The notes: a model not told the origin generated them from the letters alone. Shown: positions 34,691-45,311, counted from the stretch's first letter. The stretch: 64,000 nt of DNA from Armatimonadota bacterium (GCA_037445735.1 JBBIJY010000004.1:60674-124673); one strand, 5' to 3'. Numbers and translations are program-made.

Positions 34691-34705
34691 CGGTGCCTCT
34701 CCGAT

Positions 34706-35593
34706 TCAGGCTCGCAAAATGAGCAGGTTATACGACTCGGCGGTGGCGAAGTGGTGGGAGATGCTGCCGAGCGTGAGGCGTTCCAGCAGGCTGTGCCCCT
34801 TCGCGCCAAGAATGAGCAGCTGGGCGCCGGTGTCGGTCAGCACCGTGCGCAGGGCGGGGATGGTCGCGCCCTCCACCACCAGCGATTCACAGCCCGCGCC
34901 TAACGGACGCAACTGCTCGCATAGCTCGCGATTGCGCTCATGCAGCTGTTCGATAACCCATTCGTTGCCCGCCTCTTTGAGCGCGGGTGTGGTGCGGGCT
35001 AAAATCTCCAGCATCTCGCTGTCCAGTTCGAAGGCGGTGGTCAGCAGCAGTTTCTGGATGCCTGCGGGCGCGAACGCCAGCAACTTTTGCAGGCAGCGGC
35101 GATTGTACTCTGAGTGGTCCGTCGCGACGACCGCCTGCAGGGGCTTCTCGCTGATGGGTGGCTGATGGGCAATCAGCACGCTCTGGTGGGCGTGCGTGAC
35201 GGCGGCGCGTCCTGTGCTACCGAGCAGCCATGCTCGCCAGCCGCGCCGACCTTTGCTGCCCAGCGCAATCAGCTCGACGCCGTTCTCGTCGGCGGCACGC
35301 AGCAGCTCGGTGCTGGCATGCCCGCGCCTGATCAGGGGTGTGGCGGGGATGCCCGCCGCGGTGAGCGCGTCCTGCGCCCGTTGCAACACCTGCTGGGCTG
35401 CCTGCTCCTGCGCCTGAAGGCTTTGCAGGGCAATCTCCTCTGGCATCGGCGCCAGCACGCCCACCACCAGCGGGCTGACAGGCTCCAGCACGGTCATGAG
35501 CAACACTTCTGGCTCGCGGAAGCGCAGCTGAACAACCCACTGCAGCGCGCTCTCATAAGAACCCTCGATGTCCACACCCAGTAGAATCTTCAT
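34706..35593 (-). CDS. Tandem universal stress protein
   Basis: KILLGVD.., LGSKG...LLGS, VVATDHS and LGAKG...LGSIS motifs. Confidence 0.88.
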   Translation of the reverse strand: MKILLGVDIEGSYESALQWVVQLRFREPEVLLMTVLEPVSPLVVGVLAPMPEEIALQSLQAQEQAAQQVLQRAQDALTAAGIPATPLIRRGHASTELLRAADENGVELIALGSKGRRGWRAWLLGSTGRAAVTHAHQSVLIAHQPPISEKPLQAVVATDHSEYNRRCLQKLLAFAPAGIQKLLLTTAFELDSEMLEILARTTPALKEAGNEWVIEQLHERNRELCEQLRPLGAGCESLVVEGATIPALRTVLTDTGAQLLILGAKGHSLLERLTLGSISHHFATAESYNLLILRA

Positions 35594-35596
35594 CGT

Positions 35597-37612
35597 TTAT
35601 CCCTCATCCAGCACCTGGCGCACCCGATTGGCGAGCTGGGAGGGCGTGTACGGCTTCGGCAGAAATCGGATGCCCTCATCCAGCACCCCATGATGGGCAA
35701 TCGTATTTTCAGTGTACCCCGAAACATAGAGAATCTTGGTTTCGGGATGGAGCCGTCGCACCAGTTCTGCCAGCTCGCTCCCGCTCATCACAGGGAGCAT
35801 CACATCGGTTAGCAGCAGGTGGATGGGGTCGGTGTATTGTTCGGCGATTTGAAGGGCTTCGGCGGGCGTGGCGGCTTCCAGCACGCGATAGCCCAGCATG
35901 CGCAGGCTTTCGGTGGCGACGGCACGCACCTCCGCCTCATCCTCCACCAGCAGAATCGTTTCGGTGCCTGTCTGCATCACGGGCGGTGGCAGTGTGACGA
36001 TGGGCGCGTGGTCGACGGCGGGCGTGCGGGGCAGATAGATTTTGAAGCTGGTGCCGCGCCCCACCTCGCTGTAGACCCAGATATGCCCGCCCAGCTGCTT
36101 CACGATGCTGTAGACGGTCGCCAGCCCCAGCCCGCTGCCCTGCCCGCGCGGCTTGGTGGTGAAGAACGGCTCAAAGATGCGCCGCTGCACCTCAGGCGTC
36201 ATGCCGACGCCTGTGTCCGAGACCGCCAGCATCACATAGTCGCCGGGCACTACATCGTAGTGGACACGGGCATACTCAGCGTCGAGCGAGACATTCGCCA
36301 GTTCGATGGTGAGCGTGCCGCCGTTCGGCATCGCGTCGCGGGCGTTCAGCGCGAGGTTATACAGCACCTGGGTTAGCTGGGCAGGATCCGCCTCCACCAG
36401 CCAGATGTGTTCTGGCAGGAAGGTAACGAGGTTGATATTGGAGGGTAGCCATCGGCGCATAATCGGCTCGGTATCCCGCACCAGCTGGCTCAGATTCACG
36501 GGCTGGAGCTGCATCGGCTGGCGGCGGGCGAAGGTCATCAGCTGGCGTGTGAAGTCGGTCGCTCGTTCGATGCCGCGCAGCGCGTTCTGCAGAAACTGAT
36601 ACGCCTGCGACTCTTCGGGCATGCTCGCCTGCGCCAGCTCCACATAGCCCAGAATGGCGGTCAGCAGGTTATTGAAGTCGTGGGCGATTCCGCCCGCCAT
36701 CTGCCCGATGCTCTCCAGCTTCTGCGCCTGAATGAGCTGTCCCCGCACCTGCTGCAGCTCCTGCTCGATCCGGAGGCGTTCCAGTTCCGCGCTGGCGCGT
36801 TCGGCAAACAGGTTCAGCACTTCGAGCAGTATGGGCGTGTTGGGCATCGGTTGGGTGTCCGCGAACCATACCAGTCCCATCACGCGCCCTTTCGAATCGC
36901 GCAGCGGCACGCCTAAATAACTTTCGGCGCCGATTGCCTGCAGCTCCCGATCCGTGGGGAAGAGCTGTTGCACGCTGTGCGGATACAGGCACGCCTCGCG
37001 CATAATCACATTCTCGCACGGCGTGCCCGGAAGCTCATAATCGGGTGGCTCGCGGAACTCGCCTTCCGCCCAGTAGAACAGTCCGCGCACACGCTCCTCG
37101 CCGGGCACCACCTCGCCGAGATAGGCGTGGCGCAGGTTAAGGGTTTGAGCGGTCTGCTGCAGCAGCTGGCGCAGATAGTCGGCGCCCGATAGCCGTGCCG
37201 TGCTGATGATGAGGTTCGTCAGCAACTGGCGCGAGAGGTACAGCTCCGTGAAGTCGCCAAACAGCAGGTGCAGCAGTTCATAGTCAGGTAGCTCGGTGAG
37301 CAGGGCGACCAGATGACGGATTTCACCCGTGGCGTTGCGCGCGATAATTAACCGGTAGCTGGAGCTGATACCCGCTGGCTGCGCGAACTCCGGGAGCATC
37401 TCCTGCCGAATATCCAGCAGGAACTCCGACACGCGCATCTGCAACAGCTCGCTCTCCGAATAGCCCAGCAGCGCCTGGGCAGCTGCATTCGCCCGATAAA
37501 CGCGCTCCCTATCGGGCAGCAGGAGCATCTGGGGCGCAGGCAGCTGCGTGAAGAGGGGCGACTCGATGAGCTGAGCGCGCCGCTGCTCCAGCTCCGTCGG
37601 CTTCTGCCTCAT
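35597..37612 (-). CDS. Hybrid sensor histidine kinase/response regulator (PAS-GAF-HK-REC)
   Basis: QKLESIG..AGGIAHDFNN H-box, NARDAM, DTG.GM, FEPFFTTK, GLGL; receiver domain LLVEDE..TDV. Confidence 0.93.
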   Translation of the reverse strand: MRQKPTELEQRRAQLIESPLFTQLPAPQMLLLPDRERVYRANAAAQALLGYSESELLQMRVSEFLLDIRQEMLPEFAQPAGISSSYRLIIARNATGEIRHLVALLTELPDYELLHLLFGDFTELYLSRQLLTNLIISTARLSGADYLRQLLQQTAQTLNLRHAYLGEVVPGEERVRGLFYWAEGEFREPPDYELPGTPCENVIMREACLYPHSVQQLFPTDRELQAIGAESYLGVPLRDSKGRVMGLVWFADTQPMPNTPILLEVLNLFAERASAELERLRIEQELQQVRGQLIQAQKLESIGQMAGGIAHDFNNLLTAILGYVELAQASMPEESQAYQFLQNALRGIERATDFTRQLMTFARRQPMQLQPVNLSQLVRDTEPIMRRWLPSNINLVTFLPEHIWLVEADPAQLTQVLYNLALNARDAMPNGGTLTIELANVSLDAEYARVHYDVVPGDYVMLAVSDTGVGMTPEVQRRIFEPFFTTKPRGQGSGLGLATVYSIVKQLGGHIWVYSEVGRGTSFKIYLPRTPAVDHAPIVTLPPPVMQTGTETILLVEDEAEVRAVATESLRMLGYRVLEAATPAEALQIAEQYTDPIHLLLTDVMLPVMSGSELAELVRRLHPETKILYVSGYTENTIAHHGVLDEGIRFLPKPYTPSQLANRVRQVLDEG

Positions 37613-37747
37613 AGCCTTGCATCCCTCCCTGCAAGCATCTCGCTTCCCCCTGTACCTGCCTTTTATTTTTATTCGTCTCCTTTATTCGCCCCCATCCCAG
37701 CCACTCCTGCTGCTATGAAGCCCTGTCGGGGTATAATCGCCTCAGCG

Positions 37748-38641
37748 ATGGTGAACCCACCCTGTGAAACCGTGCCAGGCACCGAGGCTCTGATTCTGAA
37801 CGGCAAAGTAGTCGCCCAGCAGATTCGCGAATCGTTGCGGGAGCAGGTGGAGCAGTTGCGTCAGCGCGGGGTACAGCCCTGCCTCACCGTGATGCTGGTG
37901 GGCGACGATCCCGCCTCGCATACCTATGTGCGCACCAAAGCCCGCGCCTGCGAATCGGTGGGCATCCGCTCGGTTGTCCATCATTATCCTGCCACGGTCT
38001 CGCAGTCCGAGTTAGAGGCGCAGATCGACGCCTGGAACGCTGATCCGACGGTGCATGGCGTGTTGATTCAGCATCCTGTGCCCGCGCCGCTGGACGAGGC
38101 GGCGCTGTTGCGGCGGCTGGCGCCGCACAAAGATGTGGACGGCATCACGCCCGCCTCGCTGGGCGCACTGCTCACGGGCGAACCCGCCTTCGGCGCCTGC
38201 ACGCCGCTGGGCATTCTCACCCTGCTGGACGCCTATCAGATTCCGATCGAGGGCAGGCATGCGGTGGTGGTCGGGCGCAGTGTGATTCTGGGCAAGCCGA
38301 TGGCGCTGATGCTGCTCAACCGCAACGCGACGGTCACCATCTGCCATTCGCGCACGCGCGATCTCGCCTATCACACCCGTCAGGCGGACATTCTGGTGGC
38401 GGCGGTCGGCAAGCCGGAGTTCATCACGGGCGAGATGATCAAGCCTGGCGCGGTGGTCATCGACGCGGGCTACAATCGGGTGGAGGGGCGCACGGGCGAT
38501 GTGGGCGATGTGCATTTTGAATCGGCGGCGCGCGTGGCGTCCGCCATCACGCCTGTGCCCGGCGGCGTCGGTCCGATGACCGTCGCGATGCTGCTGCAGA
38601 ACACCCTCCGCGCCGCCCAGCGGAGCGCTTCCCAACTCTGA
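37748..38641 (+). CDS. folD: Bifunctional methylenetetrahydrofolate dehydrogenase/cyclohydrolase
   Basis: VGDDPAS..YV..K, KDVDG, CTP.G, VGRS..LGKP, TPVPGGVGPMT. Confidence 0.96.
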   Translation: MVNPPCETVPGTEALILNGKVVAQQIRESLREQVEQLRQRGVQPCLTVMLVGDDPASHTYVRTKARACESVGIRSVVHHYPATVSQSELEAQIDAWNADPTVHGVLIQHPVPAPLDEAALLRRLAPHKDVDGITPASLGALLTGEPAFGACTPLGILTLLDAYQIPIEGRHAVVVGRSVILGKPMALMLLNRNATVTICHSRTRDLAYHTRQADILVAAVGKPEFITGEMIKPGAVVIDAGYNRVEGRTGDVGDVHFESAARVASAITPVPGGVGPMTVAMLLQNTLRAAQRSASQL

Positions 38642-38668
38642 GAGGAAGGGGGTATACTGATAGCGACC

Positions 38669-39460
38669 ATGCCAGGCAAAGCGGCATCGGCTAAAGGAAC
38701 AGCGCTCGCCAGCACGCGAACCCGCATGCGCCAGAAGGCGTCGACGGGCGCACCCCCTTACGACCCCGACCTGGAAGAGCTTATCCGCCAGGCGGAGAGC
38801 ATCGAACTACTGGAGGAGGACGGCGAACCGTTGGAAAGCGAATGGCATGCCCTGCAGATTCCACTCCTCATCGAACTGGTGCGCCAGCATCTGGGTGATC
38901 CACACCACTACTACTGCGCGGGCAACATGTTCATCTACTACAGCAAAGAGCAGGCAGATGCGGTGCGTGAGAACCGCGCCGCTTTCAAGGGACCCGACTT
39001 TTTCGTGGTGCGGGATGTGGACGGCACACAACTGCGCAAATACTGGGTCACATGGCAGGAGGGCGGGCGTTATCCAGACCTGGTGATCGAGCTGGTCTCA
39101 CCCAAAACGGTGCGTAAGGACAAAGAGGAGAACCTGCGGTTTTATGCGACGGTGCTGCGGGTGCCCGAATACTTCTGGTATGACCCCGACAGAAACGAGC
39201 TGCGCGGCTTTCGGCTGGATGTGCAGCGACTGGAGTATGTACCGATAGAGCCGAACGAACAGGGCTGGCTCTGGAGCAATGTGCTGGAAGCCTATCTGGG
39301 CGTTCAGGAGTGCGACTACCTTCAGCGTCGGGCCCGCTGGCTGAGGCTCTATCGCGCCGATGGTCGCCTTGTGCCCACTCATGCCGAGCGCGCCGAGCAA
39401 GCCGAAGCCGAACTGCAACGCCTGCGGGAACAGCTACGCCAGCGCGGCGTCGAACTCTGA
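38669..39460 (+). CDS. Uma2 family (PD-(D/E)xK) endonuclease-like protein
   Basis: ES.WH, GPDFFVV, PDLVIELVS, V.EYFWYDP and RAEQAEAE..RL tail. Confidence 0.9.
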   Translation: MPGKAASAKGTALASTRTRMRQKASTGAPPYDPDLEELIRQAESIELLEEDGEPLESEWHALQIPLLIELVRQHLGDPHHYYCAGNMFIYYSKEQADAVRENRAAFKGPDFFVVRDVDGTQLRKYWVTWQEGGRYPDLVIELVSPKTVRKDKEENLRFYATVLRVPEYFWYDPDRNELRGFRLDVQRLEYVPIEPNEQGWLWSNVLEAYLGVQECDYLQRRARWLRLYRADGRLVPTHAERAEQAEAELQRLREQLRQRGVEL

Positions 39461-39461
39461 G

Positions 39462-41528
39462 TTAGCAACCTGAACCGAACGCGAACAACGCAATTAGCAG
39501 GTCGGCGTCATCCACAACGCCATCCCCGTTCACATCAGCGGGCAGATTCGCGCCTGTCTGTCCAAACGCAAACAGCACGGTCAGCAGGTCGGCATCGTCC
39601 ACACAGCCGTCGCCGTTCACATCGCCCTCCTGTCGGAGAGGGCTGCGAGCGACCAGCAGGGTCGCATCCCGGCGCCCCACCGCAAAGAACCGCCCATCGG
39701 GTGAGAATCGCACCGAGTTAATGCCGTTGCCTGTCTCCTGATCGTAGAGCCTTCGCTGGGAGCCGTCGCTGACCCGCCACAAACGAATCGTTCGATCCCA
39801 CCAGCCACCGGAGATGAGATACTCGCCATAGAAAGCAACCGAAAACACATACCCGTTGTGCCCGTCCAGAAAGCGCACCAGCGTGCCGTCCGCCACACGC
39901 CAGAGCGCGAGGGCAGGACCGTTCGAAGACCCTGTGCTGCCCACCGCCAGCGTTTGACCGTCGGGCGAAAAGGCGACCGCCAGCCCACTGTCGGGGAAGT
40001 CGATGCGGCGCACCAGCGTGCCGTCTGCCACGCGCCAGAGACCGACATAGCTGCCATCTGCCGAGGCGAGCAGGCGCCCATCGGGCGAAAACGCGAGCGC
40101 GAAAACCCAGCTCGGACCCACGATGGCGTGGACGAGGCTGCCATCAGCAACCCGCCAGAGGCGAATCTGTCCCTCCACACTCCCTGAAGCCAGATGCTGC
40201 CCATCGGGTGAGAAGACCACTGCCCTGACCTGATCGGTATGCCCGCTGAGCGTGCGGATCAGCGCGCCGTCAGCAACCCGCCAGAGACACACCGTCATGT
40301 CCCGACCGCCTGAAGCAAGCAGGTTGCCATCGGGTGAAAAGGCGACGGCAAGCACGGCGTCGGTGTGCCCCCTCAGGGTGCGAATCGGGCTGCCGTCGCT
40401 CGCGCGCCAGAGCCGAATGGTGCTGTCGTAACTGCTTGAAGCCCCCAGCTGCCCATCGGGTGAAAAAGCCACCGCGCTGATCTCATGGGTGTAGACGGTG
40501 AGCGTGCGTTGCAGATTGCCACCCGCCACGCGCCAGAGCCGCACGGCGCCATCCAGCCCGCCCGACACCAGCAGCTGACTATCGGGCGAGAAGGCGATGC
40601 TTTTCGCCTCATCGGTGTGCGCAGAGAGCTGGCGCACCAGGCTCCAGTCGGACACCCGCCAGAATCCAACCGTGCCGTTCCCCAGCGCCGCCGCCAGATA
40701 TTGCCCATCGGGCGAGAAGGCGAGCGCCTGCACGCTGCTGGGCGCACTGAGCTGCCTCACCAGGCTCCCGTTCGAAACACGCCAGAACCGAATGGTGCTG
40801 TCCAGCCCACCCGACACCACATGTTGACCATCGGGTGAGAAGGTAACCGCCAGAACCATGCCGGTGTGTCCGCTCAGCGTGCGCAACAGGTTCCAGTTGG
40901 AAGTGGAAAAGAGCTTCACGGTGTTATCGCCGCCGCCCGTCGCCAGATACTGCCGGTTGGGTGAAAAGGCGACCGAGCGCACCCCGAACGCATGCCCTGG
41001 CAGGGAGCGGATCTGGGTTCCATCCGCGATGCGCCAGATGCGGGTCGTGTCGTCGCCACCACCTGATGCCAGATACTCGTTGCTCGCGAAGGCAACCGTC
41101 TTCACCCAGTTTATATGCCCAACAAAGGTTCGGACGAGGCTGCCATCCGCCACACGCCAGAGGTGCAGGGTGTGCCCCCTTACGAGGGGATCCTCGAACC
41201 CCGTCACCAGAAACTGTCCATTGGGCGAAAAGGCAACCGCGTAAACCGAACCGGGTTCGGCAATTGTGCGGATAAGTTGCCCATCCGCCACGCGCCAGAT
41301 TTTGACCGTGCCATCAAAACTGCTGGCGGACGCGATATACTGCCCATCGGGTGAGAAGGCGACGGCGCTGACCGCGATGGTATGCCCGCCCACCATCCAC
41401 TGGATGTCGGGACGCCCCTGCGCCACCCCATCGGGGGCGACCAGCAGCCACATCCACCAGAGAGTCAGGCGAAGCCGCAGCACCGAAACCTGCTCTGAAC
41501 CCCAGCACCCACGCTGTCTCGCTCTCAT
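39462..41528 (-). CDS. Secreted WD40-repeat protein (14 repeats) with C-terminal dockerin-like EF-hand pair
   Basis: 14 VAFSPDG-type repeats; tail GDVNGDGCVDDADLL..LFAFG...ADVNGDGVVDDADLL..LFAFG; exact start uncertain. Confidence 0.88.
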   Translation of the reverse strand: MRARQRGCWGSEQVSVLRLRLTLWWMWLLVAPDGVAQGRPDIQWMVGGHTIAVSAVAFSPDGQYIASASSFDGTVKIWRVADGQLIRTIAEPGSVYAVAFSPNGQFLVTGFEDPLVRGHTLHLWRVADGSLVRTFVGHINWVKTVAFASNEYLASGGGDDTTRIWRIADGTQIRSLPGHAFGVRSVAFSPNRQYLATGGGDNTVKLFSTSNWNLLRTLSGHTGMVLAVTFSPDGQHVVSGGLDSTIRFWRVSNGSLVRQLSAPSSVQALAFSPDGQYLAAALGNGTVGFWRVSDWSLVRQLSAHTDEAKSIAFSPDSQLLVSGGLDGAVRLWRVAGGNLQRTLTVYTHEISAVAFSPDGQLGASSSYDSTIRLWRASDGSPIRTLRGHTDAVLAVAFSPDGNLLASGGRDMTVCLWRVADGALIRTLSGHTDQVRAVVFSPDGQHLASGSVEGQIRLWRVADGSLVHAIVGPSWVFALAFSPDGRLLASADGSYVGLWRVADGTLVRRIDFPDSGLAVAFSPDGQTLAVGSTGSSNGPALALWRVADGTLVRFLDGHNGYVFSVAFYGEYLISGGWWDRTIRLWRVSDGSQRRLYDQETGNGINSVRFSPDGRFFAVGRRDATLLVARSPLRQEGDVNGDGCVDDADLLTVLFAFGQTGANLPADVNGDGVVDDADLLIALFAFGSGC

Positions 41529-41674
41529 CGCAGCGTCTCCACACCGCTTCTCTCAGCACTGGCGATTCTATACGCCCCATTGGGCGCACTTCCCTGCCAG
41601 CGGTTGCAACCACTGGTGTGTGGCAGGGAGTACTGGAGGGTACTCTTATAGTATCGTCTGGAGGAGGTGCAACG

Positions 41675-42574
41675 ATGGAGTTTCTGAAGCTGATTGTATG
41701 GCTGATCGGGCTGGTGCTGGCGATTGTGGCTGGAGTGCGAGCGGTGCGCAGCGAATCGCCGGGCACACAGCTGCTCTCGCTGGCTCTGGCGGTGGGCATT
41801 CTCATCTTCACTGCGTTGCTGACCGCCAGCTTTGGGCAGGTTCCCGCTGGCTATCGCGGGATTGTGCTGCAGTTTGGCGCGCCCACCGGACAGGTGCTGA
41901 ACGAGGGCTTCTACACCGTGTTCCCGCCGTACATCAAGACGGTGGAGCTGATGAGCGTGCAGATCCACGCCTATGAAGCGCCGGCGGAGGCAGCCTCGCG
42001 CGACCTGCAGGTGGTCAAAACGCAGGTGACACTGAACTACACGCTGGATACCAGCGCGCTGGTGCGCATCTATCGCGAGTTGCGCCACGAGTATGTTGAT
42101 CGCGTGATTCGCCCCGCCATTCAAGAGGCGGTGAAGGCGACCACCGCCCGCTTCACTGCGGAAGAGCTGATTACCAAACGACCAGAGGTGCGCGAGGCGA
42201 TCGAGCAGAGCCTGTCGCAGCGCCTGCAGCGGTTCGGCATTCGCGTGGTGGCGATGTCCATCACCGACTTCGACTTCAGTGAAGCATTCAACGCGGCAAT
42301 TGAGGCGAAGGTAACGGCGCAGCAGCAGGCGTTGAAGGCGGAGCGTGATCTGCAGCGCGTGCGGCTGGAGGCGATGCAGCAGATTGAGCGCGCCAAAGCG
42401 GAAGCCGAAGCGCTGCGCATCCAGAAGCAGAATGTGACGCCGGAGCTGGTGCGCCTGCGCCAGATCGAAGCGCAGCTCAAAGCCATCGAGAAGTGGGACG
42501 GACGCCTGCCGACAGTGGTGTCGGCTGGTGCGCCCGTACCGCTGCTCGATGTGTTTCAGGTGCAGGGTCGCTGA
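41675..42574 (+). CDS. SPFH/prohibitin family membrane protein
   Basis: Two N-terminal TM segments, S.DLQ, F.AEELITKR, AIEAK..AQQ coiled coil; GGAGGAGG SD. Confidence 0.9.
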   Translation: MEFLKLIVWLIGLVLAIVAGVRAVRSESPGTQLLSLALAVGILIFTALLTASFGQVPAGYRGIVLQFGAPTGQVLNEGFYTVFPPYIKTVELMSVQIHAYEAPAEAASRDLQVVKTQVTLNYTLDTSALVRIYRELRHEYVDRVIRPAIQEAVKATTARFTAEELITKRPEVREAIEQSLSQRLQRFGIRVVAMSITDFDFSEAFNAAIEAKVTAQQQALKAERDLQRVRLEAMQQIERAKAEAEALRIQKQNVTPELVRLRQIEAQLKAIEKWDGRLPTVVSAGAPVPLLDVFQVQGR

Positions 42575-42580
42575 AGCATG

Positions 42581-42600
42581 GGGCGACGCAGGTGTCGCCC
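42581..42600. terminator. Hairpin between convergent genes (terminator or REP-like)
   Basis: GGGCGAC-GCAGGT-GTCGCCC. Confidence 0.45.
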
Positions 42601-42612
42601 ATGCCATCCCAT

Positions 42613-43407
42613 CTACCGCTGACAGGCGGCTTTGAGCGCGCGAACGAAGTCGCCCACCACTTGCGCCCAGTGAGGCGAATCGGCGTACTCGTGCAGGTAA
42701 TGCACCACCTGGCTGCCCACCACCGCGCCGTCTGCCAGTTGCGCCACCGCGCGCACATGCTCCGGGCGCGCGATGCCGAATCCCACCGCGATGGGCAGGG
42801 TCGTCTGCTCGCGGATTCGGGCGATCAGGTCGGGCAAATCGGGCGGCAGCTCGTCGCGGGCGCCCGTGACGCCCGTGCGCGACACGCAGTAGACGAAGCC
42901 CGTCCCGCGCTCCGCCACCAGCCGAATGCGCTCAGGGGTGCTGGTCGGCGTCAGCAGAAAAATGGTCTGTAACTCCGCGGCGCGAGCGTGCCGGAGCCAT
43001 TCATCCGCCTCATCGGGCGGCAGGTCAGTAATCAGACAGGCGTCGAAGCCGGCGCGATGGGCGTCCTGCGCGAACCGCGCCACCCCATAGCGCAGAACGG
43101 GATTGTAATAGGTGAAGGCAATCAGCGGCATCGCGATTTCCGAGCGGCATGCCGCGACCGTTTCCAGAATCTGCGCGGGTGTGGTTCCCCTTGCGAGGGC
43201 GCGATCCATCGCTGCCTGGATCACCGCGCCGTCAGCTAACGGGTCGCTGAAGGGGAAGCCGACCTCCACCATATCGGCGCCCGCATCCTGCAGCATGCGC
43301 AGTACCTCCGGCAGGCGCTGGAGGCTGGGGTCGCCCGCCGTAATATACACAATCAGTGCCGCCTCGCCTTTGCGCTTCAGCCGCTCAAAGCACTGTTGCA
43401 AATCCAT
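42613..43407 (-). CDS. trpA: Tryptophan synthase alpha chain
   Basis: YITAGDP, EVGFPFSDPLADG..IQ, YYNP, DLPP, SRTGVTG, VGFGI, DGAVVGS. Confidence 0.96.
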   Translation of the reverse strand: MDLQQCFERLKRKGEAALIVYITAGDPSLQRLPEVLRMLQDAGADMVEVGFPFSDPLADGAVIQAAMDRALARGTTPAQILETVAACRSEIAMPLIAFTYYNPVLRYGVARFAQDAHRAGFDACLITDLPPDEADEWLRHARAAELQTIFLLTPTSTPERIRLVAERGTGFVYCVSRTGVTGARDELPPDLPDLIARIREQTTLPIAVGFGIARPEHVRAVAQLADGAVVGSQVVHYLHEYADSPHWAQVVGDFVRALKAACQR

Positions 43408-43426
43408 CGCCTCTGTCCCTGAACCC

Positions 43427-45217
43427 CTATCGCACCTTCTGCATGCGCTTCAGGAAGGCGCTGGCGGGTTCGAACCCTGTCAGGCGCAGCTCGCGCCGCT
43501 CCTGACCATCGGAGCCAATGAAAATCACCGTCGGCAAGCCGACCACCGCGTGCCGCTGCAGAATCTGCTGAATCTTCGGGTCGTTCTCGCGGGTGGCGTC
43601 CACCACGAGGCGCACGAACCGCTCCGATTCTTTGACCACGCGCGGGTCGGTGTAGGTGTACTCCTCCAGCTCGATGCACGCCTGACACCATGCGGCGGTG
43701 AAGTCGATGATCACGGGTCTGCGTTCGCGAAGTGCCTGTTCCAGTCGCGCTTCGGTGTAGGGTTCCCACCGCACATGCACCTTCGGGCGCAGCAGTGAGT
43801 AGCCGTTGCTGAGCGCGATAATCAGAAAGACTGCGCCCAGCGCCTGCTTGAACCGCACCACCGGGAGCTGGGTGAACTCGCGTCGTTCGAACGCGAAGAA
43901 GTAGAGCGCCACCAGCGCGAAGAAGAGCAGCCATGCGATGGCGTACAGCTTGGGCGCCATCAGGCTGCGGGCGAAGAAGAGCGCGACCGCCAGCAACAGC
44001 ACGCCGAACAGCCGCTCCACCAGAATCGTCCACTCCCCGGAGCGGGGCAGGCGGTTCTGGAGCTTCTCGTAGAAGATTCCCAGAATGAAGTAGGGCGTGC
44101 CCAGTCCCAGCCCCAGCGCGAGGAAGCAGAGGAATCCGAGCGTGGGGTTCGCCAGCGCTGCCACGATGGGGATGAGCGCGGCGACCACGGGACCGATGCA
44201 GGGCGCCGCCGCCACGCCTGCCAGCATGCCCATCATCATCGCGCCAAGCCAGCCCTGCCGCGCGCCCACCGCGCGCATCAGCGCGGGCGGTACCCGAAAC
44301 TGGTACACGCCGAACATCGACAGCGCCAGCAGCACCAGCAGGGCGACCAGCACACCCACCACCACAGGGTTCTGGAACTGGAACCCGAACGCCTTGCCGG
44401 CCAGCGACGCGATGGTGCCCAGCAGGGCGTACACCGCTGCCATGCTGAGCGCATAGAGCGCGCTCAGCCCCACGCGCCGCCCGCGCTGACCCCGCGCCTG
44501 CATCGAGAAGAAGCCCAGTGTGATGGGAATCAGCGGCAGCACGCATGGCGTGAGATTGAGCGCCAGCCCGCCCGCGTAGAGGGCAGCCACGAACGGTAGC
44601 CACCGCCCCTCACGGAACTGCGCCTCCATATAACCCGCGAAGCCGCCCGCACCGCTGGAATACTCCTTCAGCTTGCGCGACGCGCCTGAGTCCTGCTTGA
44701 TCAGTCGCTCATATTCCGGGTTGAGCGCGCCCTCCCGCTGGCTGATGGGCAGGGTGAGCGTCAGCTTCAGCCGCTGCGGGGGATAGCACGCCTTATCGTC
44801 GCATGCCTGATAGCGCAGGGTGGCAGGGATATTGAGCTTGCCCGGCTTGACCGTCGCCGCGAGCTTCAGTTGAAACTTAATCAGCACCTGCCCCTCGTAA
44901 ATCTTGAGTGGCTTGCCCGCCGAGAACTCGAACGCCTTCTCGATGGGCGCGGGATACTCCACTTCAGGCGCGGTAAAGGCGCTGCTCTTCTCAAACTTCA
45001 GCTCGGTCGGGATCAGATACTCTTCCGAAGCGGGATTGGCGTTCACATGGTAGGGCGCGCGGATTTCCAGCACGAGCAGCCCTCTGACGGTGGAGTTCGG
45101 CGCGTAGCTCTTGCGCTCGGTCACGAATCGGGCGGGGAACTTCAGGTCGGGCATCTGCGCCGTCGCGCCCGCCCCCAGCAGAAGAGCCGTTATCAACCCC
45201 AGCCATCGCTGTCGCAT
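43427..45217 (-). CDS. dsbD: DsbD-type thiol:disulfide interchange protein
   Basis: N-terminal YQACDDKACYPP; TM domain LTPCVLP and APC.GP; thioredoxin domain DFTAAWCQAC. Confidence 0.9.
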   Translation of the reverse strand: MRQRWLGLITALLLGAGATAQMPDLKFPARFVTERKSYAPNSTVRGLLVLEIRAPYHVNANPASEEYLIPTELKFEKSSAFTAPEVEYPAPIEKAFEFSAGKPLKIYEGQVLIKFQLKLAATVKPGKLNIPATLRYQACDDKACYPPQRLKLTLTLPISQREGALNPEYERLIKQDSGASRKLKEYSSGAGGFAGYMEAQFREGRWLPFVAALYAGGLALNLTPCVLPLIPITLGFFSMQARGQRGRRVGLSALYALSMAAVYALLGTIASLAGKAFGFQFQNPVVVGVLVALLVLLALSMFGVYQFRVPPALMRAVGARQGWLGAMMMGMLAGVAAAPCIGPVVAALIPIVAALANPTLGFLCFLALGLGLGTPYFILGIFYEKLQNRLPRSGEWTILVERLFGVLLLAVALFFARSLMAPKLYAIAWLLFFALVALYFFAFERREFTQLPVVRFKQALGAVFLIIALSNGYSLLRPKVHVRWEPYTEARLEQALRERRPVIIDFTAAWCQACIELEEYTYTDPRVVKESERFVRLVVDATRENDPKIQQILQRHAVVGLPTVIFIGSDGQERRELRLTGFEPASAFLKRMQKVR

Positions 45218-45311
45218 AGCTATAGCATACCCGCCCGAAGGCGGTCAGGTTTCCGACCACCCCCGCGCTCATGCTAACCGAGGAATTTGCAACCGCCCTC
45301 TATCTGGCGTG

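Noticed and set aside
38669-39460. Uma2 nuclease as a novel defence system
   Set aside because: A common multi-copy family; here it stands alone with no defence-associated neighbours.
39630-41400. Regularly spaced nucleotide repeats resembling an array
   Set aside because: They are coding WD40 repeats with codon-level variation, not CRISPR repeats and spacers; no cas genes are present.
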